The position numbers and the translations under genes are program-made. 61,466 nt of DNA from Nemertoderma westbladi (taxonomy: Eukaryota > Animalia > Xenacoelomorpha), in NCBI GenBank assembly GCA_032718475.1, contig JAUCBJ010004596.1, positions 1-61,466 on the forward strand. Reading direction: 5' to 3'. Under the pieces are notes generated by a model, which searched no databases, was not told the origin of the DNA, and was given only the letters and a program-made list of their open reading frames with translations. This document shows positions 42,401-51,579 of the stretch, in pieces. Within the stretch, counting starts at the first letter, position 1. Each line of letters begins with the position of its first letter.

Positions 42401-43053
42401 TGCTGTGTGAACCCGGTAGATGAGTAGTAGAGTAAACACAACTTTGAGTGCTGTGTGAACCCGGTAGATGAGTAGTAGAGTAAACAAAGCTTAGAGTGCT
42501 GTGTGAACCCGGTAGATGAGTAGTAGAGTAAACAAAACTTAGAGTGCTGTGTGAACCCGGTAGATGAGTAGTAGAGTAAACACAACTTTGAGTGCTGTGT
42601 GAACCCGGTAGATGAGTAGTAGAGTAAACAAAGCTTAGAGTGCTGTGTGAACCCGGTAGATGAGTAGTAGAGTAAACAAAACTTAGAGTGCTGTGTGAAC
42701 CCGGTAGATGAGTAGTAGAGTAAACAAAACTTAGAGTGCTGTGTGAACCCGGTAGATGAGTAGTAAAGTGCTGTATGAACCCGGTAGATGAGTAGTAGAG
42801 TAAACAAAACTTTGAGTGCTGTGTGAACCCGGTAGATGAGTAGTAGAGTAAACAAAACTTAGAGTGCTGTGTGAACCCGGTAGATGAGTAGTAGAGTAAA
42901 CAAAACTTAGAGTGCTGTGTGAACCCGGTAGATGAGTAGTAGAGTAAACAAAACTTAGAGTGCTGTGTGAACCCGGTAGATGAGTAGTAGAGTAAACAAA
43001 ACTTAGAGTGCTGTATGAACCCGGTAGATGAGTAGTAGAGTAAACAAAACTTA
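6441..43053. repeat. 48-bp satellite array, 36.6 kb, roughly 770 monomers, with higher-order repeats
   Basis: Consensus AAACTTAGAGTGCTGTGTGAACCCGGTAGATGAGTAGTAGAGTAAACA, head-to-tail with no interruption by foreign sequence. Recurrent length variants of about 32, 40, 43-46 and 56 bp. Confidence 0.99.
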
Positions 43054-43138
43054 AAAATTGTATTTTAGCATCAAATGTAACAAAAAAAAACTAGGTACAG
43101 ATTGCAACAATAGCTTTTTTAAAAAAAAAAATGGGGCA

Positions 43139-43144
43139 TTTAAT
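43139..43144 (-). terminator. Candidate polyadenylation signal (ATTAAA) for the cytokine-receptor-like gene
   Basis: ATTAAA on the minus strand about 270 nt after the TAG, followed by T-rich sequence before the satellite begins. Confidence 0.3.
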
Positions 43145-43410
43145 CCACCCTAATATATACTCCACATCTAATAACAAAATTACCCCTGTAACAGAATGGA
43201 AAGGTGAAAGTTGAAAGTTTAGAATTCGGTAGCTTTAGATAGAAATCGTACATAAATTATACTACCACCATAGAAACGCCGTTAGAGTAAGGCGATGATG
43301 TCCATACTGTTTCAACCAGATCAATAATTTTGGCCGCATATTCCAATGATACTGTAGTAGCCCGCCCTCGCGTCCCATTCCCCACCTCTACCTCGTAGCG
43401 CCCTCCGATT

Positions 43411-43587
43411 CTAGTTGCATTGGTTGCCGGTTGTCACGGTGACGGACTGGCTCCATGCCGACCATAGGTGGTCGTTGTCGTTGTAGTAGTCGTCTGGCTT
43501 ACATTGGATCTTCACGACATATTGGTTGACATCAATGAGATTGGTTATAGCGAAACTTGTGAACCTTCCTGTTTTATATAAAACCTC
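43411..43587 (-). CDS. Terminal coding exon of a class I cytokine-receptor-like gene (second half of the WSxWS FN3 domain)
   Basis: Acceptor CTAAT-TTTATTTTGTCAG| at 43588, phase 0. Translates EVLYKTGRFTSFAITNLIDVNQYVVKIQCKPDDYYNDNDHLWSAWSQSVTVTTGNQCN*. The YxVxIxCKP...WSAWS pattern (WSAWS at 43464-43450) matches the class I cytokine receptor signature. Confidence 0.88.
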   Translation of the reverse strand, partial: EVLYKTGRFTSFAITNLIDVNQYVVKIQCKPDDYYNDNDHLWSAWSQSVTVTTGNQCN

Positions 43588-43841
43588 CTGACAAAATAAA
43601 ATTAGTTTATACTGTAGGCCCTATATATTTTTTTGTATATCTGGTTAAGAATTATAAACTCATGATTTGTTTTCCACTTTGTTGTTTTTCGTTGTCGACA
43701 TTCCACTTGTTTTTTAATAACTTTAAAGAAAATGAAAACTCATTTTCTAAATGAGCTTAGGCCCCTCTCACACGGCTCAACTTGTTTCTACAACTTGTTG
43801 CTGGACTCCTCACACAGAGAAACATGTTTCGGAAACAAGTT

Positions 43842-44696
43842 GCAGCAACACGTTTCTGTGTATGAGGGGGTCCAACAACAAGTTTCTGTCTGTGAGGGGG
43901 TCCAGCAACAAGTTTCTGTGTATGAGGGGGTCCAGCAACAAGTTTCTGTGTATGAGGGGGTCCAGCAACAAGTTTCTGTGTGTGAGGGGGTCCAGCAGCA
44001 AGTTTCTGTGTATGAGGGGGTCAAGCAACAAGTTTCTGTGTATGAGGGGGACCAGCAACAAGTTTCTGTGTATGAGGGGGTCCAGCAACAAGTTTCTGTG
44101 TATGAGGGGGTCCAGCAACAAGTTTCTGTGTATGAGAGGGTCCAGCAACAAGTTTCTGTGTGTGAGGGGGTCTAGCAACAAGTTTCTGTGTATGAGGGGG
44201 ACCAGCAACAAGTTTCTGTGTGTGAGGGGGTCCAGCAACAAGTTTCTGTGTATGAGGGGGTCCAGCAACAAGTTTCTGTGTGTGAGGGGGTCCAGCAACA
44301 AGTTTCTGTGTATGAGGGGGTCCAGCAACAAGTTTCTGTGTATGAGGGGGTCCAGCAACAAGTTTCTGTGTATGAGGGGGTCCAGCAACAAGTTTCTGTG
44401 TGTGAGGGGGTCCAGCAACAAGTTTCTGTGTATGAGGGGGTCCAGCAACAAGTTTCTGTGTGTGAGGGGGTCAGCAACAAGTTTCTGTGTATGAGGGGGT
44501 CCAGCAACAAGTTTCTGTGTATGAGGGGGTCCAGCAACAAGTTTCTGTGTATGAGGGGGTCCAGCAACAAGTTTCTGTGTATGAGGGGGTCCAGCAACAA
44601 GTTTATGTGTGTGAGGGGGTCCAGCAACAAGTTTCTGTGTGTGAGGGGGTCCAGCAGCAAGTTTCTGTGTACGAGGGGGTCCAGCAACAAGTTTCT
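43842..44696. repeat. 30-bp minisatellite (~28 copies), intronic
   Basis: Unit GGGGGTCCAGCAACAAGTTTCTGTGTATGA, highly homogeneous. One inverted copy lies at 43792-43823. Confidence 0.97.
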
Positions 44697-44777
44697 AATA
44701 ATTCCGCTTTTATAATATTATACTTTGTACTGATTTGATATATATTACGTATATAATATATATATTATATTACATGT

Positions 44778-44990
44778 GCATGTATTTGCTTCTCCTGCAA
44801 GCCTTTTATTCTATTTAATAAATACACCATGTTCTGGAACATTTTGCTTATCTCATAAGTAGCTTGGCAACAATGCATTGCCTATATGATAATACTAGTA
44901 TATGAAATATTCCAACATAAGCAAAATGTTCTAGAACATTGTGAATTTATTAAATAGAATAAATGGTGTGCAACGTTTGGAAATACATGC
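44778..44990. mobile_element. Foldback/MITE-like inverted repeat
   Basis: 47-bp arms at 44805-44851 and 44917-44963 are reverse complements with 3 mismatches. An outer GCATGTATTT/AAATACATGC pair flanks them. Confidence 0.6.
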
Positions 44991-45334
44991 AACATTCAAA
45001 TGCCAATAAATCAGCTTTTCCTCAACCAAATTCAAATATTGTTACATATTTGGAATCCTTGCACGGTCAGCTTTCCATTATTATTATTATTATATCGATG
45101 GAGACACTTTTTTTAAACGTTTGTAGCGAAAGATTGAAAGCGAAAATAAAAATTCTGGCTCACCCAGTAAGGAGGAGGTAGATGAAACTAACTCTGTTTC
45201 AAATTTCATGCAATCTTATTAAGATTTGTATAATTTTTTTTTTTTTGGGGGGGGGGGGGGGGGATTTAGGTTAATAAATAATAATAGAAATATAATAGAA
45301 GTCAATCCTCTTGAATTTACCACTGAATGCTAAC

Positions 45335-45483
45335 CTCTGAACTAGTATTGGACATATCCGTCAATTGCAACTGGTACTCTAATGGTATGTCGTCGGTGTA
45401 CCCGATTGGAGGTGCCCATGTAAAAGCAGAGACATTGTTGCCAACAATGAGAACTTGTAAATCATCCGGAGCATGGGTGTAAA
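45335..45483 (-). CDS. Internal exon of the same cytokine-receptor-like gene (first half of the WSxWS FN3 domain)
   Basis: Acceptor TTTTCGTTTCCTATATAG| (phase 1) and donor GAG|GTTAGC (phase 0). Translates xYTHAPDDLQVLIVGNNVSAFTWAPPIGYTDDIPLEYQLQLTDMSNTSSE, with the FN3 P..L.V, W..P and L.Y.L pattern. Splices in frame to 43587. Confidence 0.85.
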
Positions 45484-45899
45484 CTATATAGGAAACGAAA
45501 AGTCATTAATATATATGAAAATTTGTATATTCAAGAACACCACTTTGGTATTATTGGTATTGAAGCTAAGGACTAAAATATAGATTGTAGGGCCTTATCA
45601 CCCCTGGGCAGTAAATGTGCAAGGGACTACTGTACTACACTACACTCGTTACTGGGGACTATGATGGACTCTACTGGACTTTACTGATACTGAACTTTCT
45701 ACTCCCTATCACGTTTGTTTGTTTGTTAGCTTGTACTGCTCTACCGGTACCGTGGATGGCTGACTGATACTAGCTGACTCGTACTAGTACCACATACAGA
45801 GAATACCTGGCATATGTAATCGCTACTACTATATAACGAAACGGCTTCGACCCGCAATATTTTATCAGGTTATCCTTCTCACCCTAAATTTATTTAGTA

Positions 45900-48800
45900 A
45901 TAATATTTATTTAATAACAATTTACTACACTTCTACAAACAATGTAGAATGTAGACGGTGGTTGGACGGGTGGGCCCATTACACCAACCACCGCTAGCAT
46001 TCAGCTACTGCATAAACCAATAGTTACTATAATACAAAGAAATTCTAGATAAAACAGTACAGTCATGCAACATGCAGTACATAAGCTCAATACAAAAACA
46101 AATATCCTACTGTACATTCTGACATTAATATGGGCCTAGTTTAAGTAAGTAGTATTATCGATTGATTTTTAACGGATGAAATACGTAACTATATTTTTAC
46201 TGTAATATAATAGTTAAAAAATAGGTCACAGGCAAGGTCATATTACCTTAGTACTCCAACTTTACTTTAGTACTCCAAATAAATGCATGCACACATACAC
46301 TACCGATAGTATACAATATTGTAACAAGTTTCTAAGATACAAAATCGAGTGCTACAAGCTACACTAAAAAATCCAGGCTGAGGCACGTTTTTGAGATCTA
46401 CGACAAAAAAACTATTACAAATATAAGCGCGCGAATACAGTAGATGTGAGGAGTTACTTAAAGTACAGTAGTTGAGATATATGCACAAAAAAACTATTAC
46501 AAATAAACACGCGAATACAGTAGATGTGAGGAGTTAGTGTATCTGGTTAAATGTAAAATATGTAAACAGTAGTTAATTAAATCATGTAAGCTGCTTTATT
46601 GCTCTTCGGTGAGCAGTTTAGTTACGGCGTTTTTGAATATGTTAATTGATTTTGCGTCCCGTACAGAAGAAAGCAGGGTGTTCCAGACCTCTGGTGCGCG
46701 CACTCTGATTGATTGTCTAGCGATCTCCAGACGGGTGCGTGGTACCGTAAAGTTATTATTTGTTGCTGATCTTGTTCGGTGTTGATGCGTGGTTGATATC
46801 AGTGTGAGTAGAGAAGGGAATATATCTGATGGTAGTAGTTTCTTTATGTAACTATAACTGAGTATTGCAATATGTTTGATGTAAATAGAGCGTATCGTTA
46901 GTGGGGTGAAATTTGTGTTGCCTTTTGATATATAAATTTTCTGTGCTTTCTGTTGCAGCTTGTGTAAAGTTGAAACATTGGTAGTTAGTTTGTCTTCAGG
47001 TTTCCGTCGCTTTCGGCGCCGCCCGTAGTGACAGTGTTTGGTTGAATTTCTATCCATAGTTGTTTTAGTATTTATGTTTTTATATGATTTTATTGCCCAC
47101 ACAGTATTACAGTACCAGTACATTAGGTAGGGATTGATCAACGTATTGTATAATTGTATAACTACAAGTGTTTTTGCGGTGACAAAATTTTTGATCCTAT
47201 TAATTATGCCAATGTTACGACTGATTTTGATACGCAAATAATCACAATGATTTTTCCAGCTGAGGTGTTCAACCATGTTGACGCCAAGAAATTTAATTAC
47301 TTTCTGTCGCTCAATTGTGATTCCATTAATTTTTATTGGTGGTAGTGTGTTTATATTAAGGTGTTTGTTTTGGGTTCGAAAAATGATGACGTTTGTTTTT
47401 TTTATGTTCAGTGATAGTCTGTTCAGTTGGAACCACCGTGTCAATTTGTCCAGCTCATTATTAATATCGGTAATCAGTGAATTTATGTCCACACCCGATT
47501 TAAACAAATTAGTATTGTCGGCGTACAGTATAAATTTAATGAGCTTGGATACGGTAGTTAGATCGTTACAGTAGATTATAAATAAGAGGGGGCTCAATAG
47601 CGACCCTTGTGGCAATCCTATTATAATTGTGGCGAAGTTTGATTTGGCTGTACCTATAGTCACATATTGCACTCGATCTGTAAGGTAGCTAGTAATCCAG
47701 ACAAGGGCAACATCAGTGATCCCATAGCGTTGTAATTTTTGTATCAGGATTTGGTGGTTTACTGTGTCGTCGAAGGCTTCATTTGGCTGGGAACTGAGCC
47801 AGTAGATAGTGAAATATTAATAATGTGAACCAGAGGTTCCGCGATGAGTGTGATTAGTTGGATGAATACCGGATGCTGCCAGGTCGTCATATCCAGGACT
47901 GGTTCTCTTGTTAAGCGAGTTTGCTGTGTATAGAATGTCTTGTGGCGTTATTGTGTTAAACATTTTAAGTTTTACTGTCGGTTCAGTTCTGGGTATGTAA
48001 TCGAGAGGAGAACCGTTTGTGGTTGGTATTTCCTTATCTAGTTTTTGACCTATGTTAATGTAATTGTCATTGAAGGCATTTGCAATTTTTATTGGATCAG
48101 TGTATATTCGTTGGTTGTAAGTTACCAATGTGGGAGAGGGTAATTTGGGCTTCTTACGTATCAGTTGATTGATGTGACCCATACTGATCGGGCATTTTGT
48201 TTCTTGAAGTCAAGTACCATACTGTAATATGTCTTCTTTGCGGTTCTTAGTAAGCTATTCAGTGCATTTCGGTAGTGTCTGAATGATGCCTGTTTATCAG
48301 GGGTTGGGTCCTTGGTGTAGTTTCCATACAGTCGGTCGCGTTTCTTCATCGCTCTAAGCAGGGATTCAGTCAAGCATGGTTTTTCCCCATTACGTATTTT
48401 TACTTGTTCAAGTGGGAAGTGTGTATTGTAGTGGTGCTGGTAAGTATGTAAGAAAGTATCGTATGCGTTGTCTGCCGTAGTTTGTTTGTATACTTCATTC
48501 CAGTTTGTTAATTGCAAGCTGTTTGTGAAAGCCTCTTGTTTTTTTTGTGATGTAGTTTTCGGCGATACATGTATTGATGTTTCGGTTTCTGACTTGTTAT
48601 TATATTTTGTAAGCGTGAAGATTGGAATGCCAGTATCGTATGCGTTGTCTGCCGTAGTTTGTTTGTATACTTCATTCCAGTTTGTTAATTGCAAGCTGTT
48701 TGTGAAAGCCTCTTGTTTTTTTTGTGATGTAGTTTTCGGCGATACATGTATTGATGTTTCGGTTTCTGACTTGTTATTATATTTTGTAAGCGTGAAGATT

Positions 48801-49915
48801 GGAATGTGGTCTGAAATCGGAGAGATCAGTAAACCAGATGTTAGTTTCGATGTAGAGTTAGAGAATATGTTATCGATTAGCGTTGCGGAGTGGTGTGTGA
48901 TTCGAGTTGGTTTAGAGATAGTGTGAATGTAATTGTAGGTTGTCATGAAGTTAAAAAGTCGGCACTAACCGGGCTAATATTTGTTTTTAACAAGTCGATG
49001 TTAAAATCACCAAGTAAAAAACAAGGTTTACTTTCGTTATTAATTTTTTCCATAGAAGGTTGTAGGGAAGAAAATGTATCCTGCACAGCGGTATTAGGAG
49101 GCCGGTAGATTGCCCCAATAATTATATTTTTACTTTTCATTTGTGGGATTTCAAGGAAAAGTGTTTCTACTGGAGTTGGGGGTTTACAATGTAAGTCTTT
49201 GCGCTGAAATGCTGGGAGGTCAGTGTGTACATATATGGCAACGTCACCCCCACTTTTGTCTATTCGCGGATGTGAAAATGTTTTATAGTTTGGTAGTGAA
49301 AACTGCGAGTGATCAGTGTCGTGCAGCCAGGTTTTTGAGATACAGTAGCAATCACAGAACTGCCTCGCCAGGCCATATACCCCTGCAGCCAAGTATATGG
49401 GTCCGTAATCCAGGACCAAGGGCGTCCTTATCCCAGAACGAAGGGGGTCCTACTGTAGTTACTTGTTAGTTGTTTTCAGACTGGATAGTAGACTTTCAAT
49501 TTTATCGAAATTGGCAGACAAACTACGAGCGTTGAAATGAATAAGGGACAGCTGTGGGGAAAGATGGCCAAATTTTAAATTGAAATCTTCAGGAAAGTTA
49601 TAAGTACAGTTACGTAAGTGTGCAGTGTCAGTGGGAATGTGGACGTCGGGGTTAAAGTTCGTGTCAAACTCCGTGTCCTTAGTCGATGTGGGGTCTGTTA
49701 AGTTGTACTTGTTGAAATACTGCGTGTCTAAGTAGTAATATCTATGTAGCCTGGGATACGGAAGTCTCTTGCTGTGAGTGTAAATTCGTTGTCATCAATA
49801 ATATGCTTAAAGGGTAGCGACTCAGATAGACAGGTGGGGCAGAACCAGTTTGAGTTTGAGTTTTGGAAGTTAGTGTAGTCTTTTTGGGAGAGGGTCAGCG
49901 AGATACATTTTGCAT
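45900..49915 (-). mobile_element. Decayed, 5'-truncated CR1-group LINE (PHD remnant-APE-RT, long 3' UTR)
   Basis: Fragments: AKC...WFCPTCLSESLPF (PHD C-half), LIHFNARSL, ISKTWL, GAIYRPP, LLGDFNIDL, TLIDNIF, SDHIPI (APE), and GLPQGSLLSPLLFIIY, YADN, KFLGV (RT). Multiple frameshifts, a deletion in RT near 47778, and a 3' end with hairpins and AATAAA. Confidence 0.92.
48455..48806. repeat. Internal tandem duplication in the LINE (period 177 bp, in frame)
   Basis: 48455-48629 is repeated at 48632-48806 with a 2-nt spacer. Visible as a doubled 59-aa peptide in ORF 48161-48946. Confidence 0.93.
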
Positions 49916-50102
49916 TTATTATAGGAAGGGATCTTGGGGGTCTTAGCCTCGAATGATAAGTTTATTTTACCGAAAATAACTTATCTTTTATTGGCGCAAT
50001 TGTAGGACTAATCCCATCACATGCGTACTTTTTAACCAGGTAGTGTACAAATTTAGGAATCGCGTAATTTTTTCTTGAAATTAATATCTCATATCTCTCC
50101 AA

Positions 50103-50145
50103 ACCACGTATGCGTTTCGACCTTACTGGGTCTCATCAGCGTGGT
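50103..50145 (-). ncRNA. Type I minimal hammerhead ribozyme, copy 1 (stem III variant GAAACGCAUA)
   Basis: ACCACG-CUGAUGA-GACC-CAGUAA-GGUC-GAA-AC-GC-AU-A-CGUGGU. The G16.2>A change breaks the stem III palindrome. Confidence 0.75.
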
Positions 50146-50208
50146 GTCGGATTCGAACCTGGGACCTCGAGGTGGAAGCCGAGACTACAACCACTAGGCC
50201 ACAGGTTC
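50142..50208 (-). promoter_or_regulatory. tRNA-derived Pol III internal promoter (present in every unit; copy 1 shown)
   Basis: A box TGGCCTAGTGG (50201-50191) and B box GGTTCGAATCC (50159-50149) at tRNA-like spacing, ending in ACCA. The stems are degenerate, so this is not a functional tRNA. Confidence 0.8.
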
Positions 50209-50531
50209 TTGAGATATGGAGTATTAATTTCAAAGCCAGCTGCCATTTTTTTTTTTTTTTTTTTTTTAAGCCCCTAATTTTTTATTATTGATAGTAACAA
50301 TGTGTTGGCAAGCTGTATTTTTCGAGGTGTTTGTTATTATACATTTATTATAGGAAGGGATCTTGGGGGTCTTAGCCTCGAATGATAAGTTTATTTTACC
50401 GAAAATAACTTATCTTTTATTGGCGCAATTGTAGGACTAATCCCATCACATGCGTACTTTTTAACCAGGTAGTGTACAAATTTAGGAATCGCGTAATTTT
50501 TTCTTGAAATTAATATCTCATATCTCTCCAA

Positions 50532-50574
50532 ACCACGTACGCGTTTCGACCTTACTGGGTCTCATCAACGTGGT
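50532..50574 (-). ncRNA. Type I minimal hammerhead ribozyme, copy 2 (core variant UUGAUGA)
   Basis: Same fold, but with C3>U in the catalytic core. Confidence 0.75.
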
Positions 50575-50670
50575 GTCGGATTCGAACCTGGGACCTCGAG
50601 GTGGAAGCCGAGACTACAACCACTAGGCCACAGGTTCTTGAGATATGGAGTATTAATTTCAAAGCCAGCT

Positions 50671-50701
<31 letters not shown>

Positions 50702-50964
50702 AGCCCCTGATTTTTTATTATTGATAGTAACAATGTGTTGGCAAGCTGTATTTTTCGAGGTGTTTGTTATTATACATTTATTATAGGAAGGGATCTTGGG
50801 GGTCTTAGCCTCGAATGATAAGTTTATTTTACTGAAAATAACTTATCTTTTATTGGCGCAATTGTTGGACTAATCCCATCACATGCGTACTTTTTAACCA
50901 GGTAGTGTACAAATTTAGGAATCGCGTAATTTTTTCTTGAAATTAATATCTCATATCTCTCCAA

Positions 50965-51007
50965 ACCACGTACGCGTTTCGACCTTACTGGGTCTCATCA
51001 GCGTGGT
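50965..51007 (-). ncRNA. Type I minimal hammerhead ribozyme, copy 3 (intact)
   Basis: ACCACG-CUGAUGA-GACC-CAGUAA-GGUC-GAA-AC-GC-GU-A-CGUGGU. Full conserved core, 6-bp stem I, 4-bp stem II, palindromic ACGCGU stem III, GUA cleavage triplet. Confidence 0.92.
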
Positions 51008-51101
51008 GTCGGATTCGAACCTGGGACCTCGAGGTGGAAGCCGAGACTACAACCACTAGACCACAGGTTCTTGAGATATGGAGTATTAATTTCAAAGCCA
51101 G

Positions 51102-51143
<42 letters not shown>

Positions 51144-51404
51144 CCCCTGATTTTTTATTATTGATAGTAACAATGTGTTGGCAAGCTGTATTTTTCGAGG
51201 TGTTTGTTATTATACATTTATTATAGGAAGGGATCTTGGGGGTCTTAGCCTCGAATGATAAGTTTATTTTACCGAAAATAACTTATCTTTTATTGGCGCA
51301 ATTGTAGGACTAATCCCATCATATGCGTACTTTTTAACTAGGTAGTGTACAAATTTAGGAATCGCGTAATTTTTTCTTGAAATTAATATCTCATATCTCT
51401 CCAA

Positions 51405-51447
51405 ACCACGTACGCGTTTCGACCTTACTGGGTCTCATCAGCGTGGT
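51405..51447 (-). ncRNA. Type I minimal hammerhead ribozyme, copy 4 (intact)
   Basis: Identical to copy 3. Confidence 0.92.
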
Positions 51448-51543
51448 GTCGGATTCTAACCTGGGACCTCGAGGTGGAAGCCGAGACTACAACCACTAGG
51501 CCACAGGTTCTTGAGATATGGAGTATTAATTTCAAAGCCAGCT

Positions 51544-51579
<36 letters not shown>

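Noticed and set aside
6386-42855. About 100 minus-strand ORFs (YYSSTGFTQHSKFCLL / TTHLPGSHSTLSFVYS repeats)
   Set aside because: The 48-bp unit is a multiple of 3 and lacks stops in two minus frames. Frequent non-triplet indels swap frames, so these are satellite artefacts.
6441-43053. RSS-like words in the monomer (CACAGCA and ACAAAACTT)
   Set aside because: The heptamer-like and nonamer-like words are on opposite strands, and no 12/23 spacing gives a nonamer on the heptamer strand.
43732-44738. ORFs such as (VYEGVQQQVS)n
   Set aside because: Translations of a 30-bp minisatellite open in many frames on both strands, inside an intron.
45320-45334. Alternative donor TG|GTAAAT for the internal cytokine-receptor exon
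   Set aside because: It is phase 2 and would put the WSAWS exon out of frame. GAG|GTTAGC keeps the frame.
50142-50208. Functional tRNA gene cluster (TCC-like loop)
   Set aside because: Acceptor and T stems do not pair properly and the anticodon loop is irregular. Only the A and B boxes are retained.
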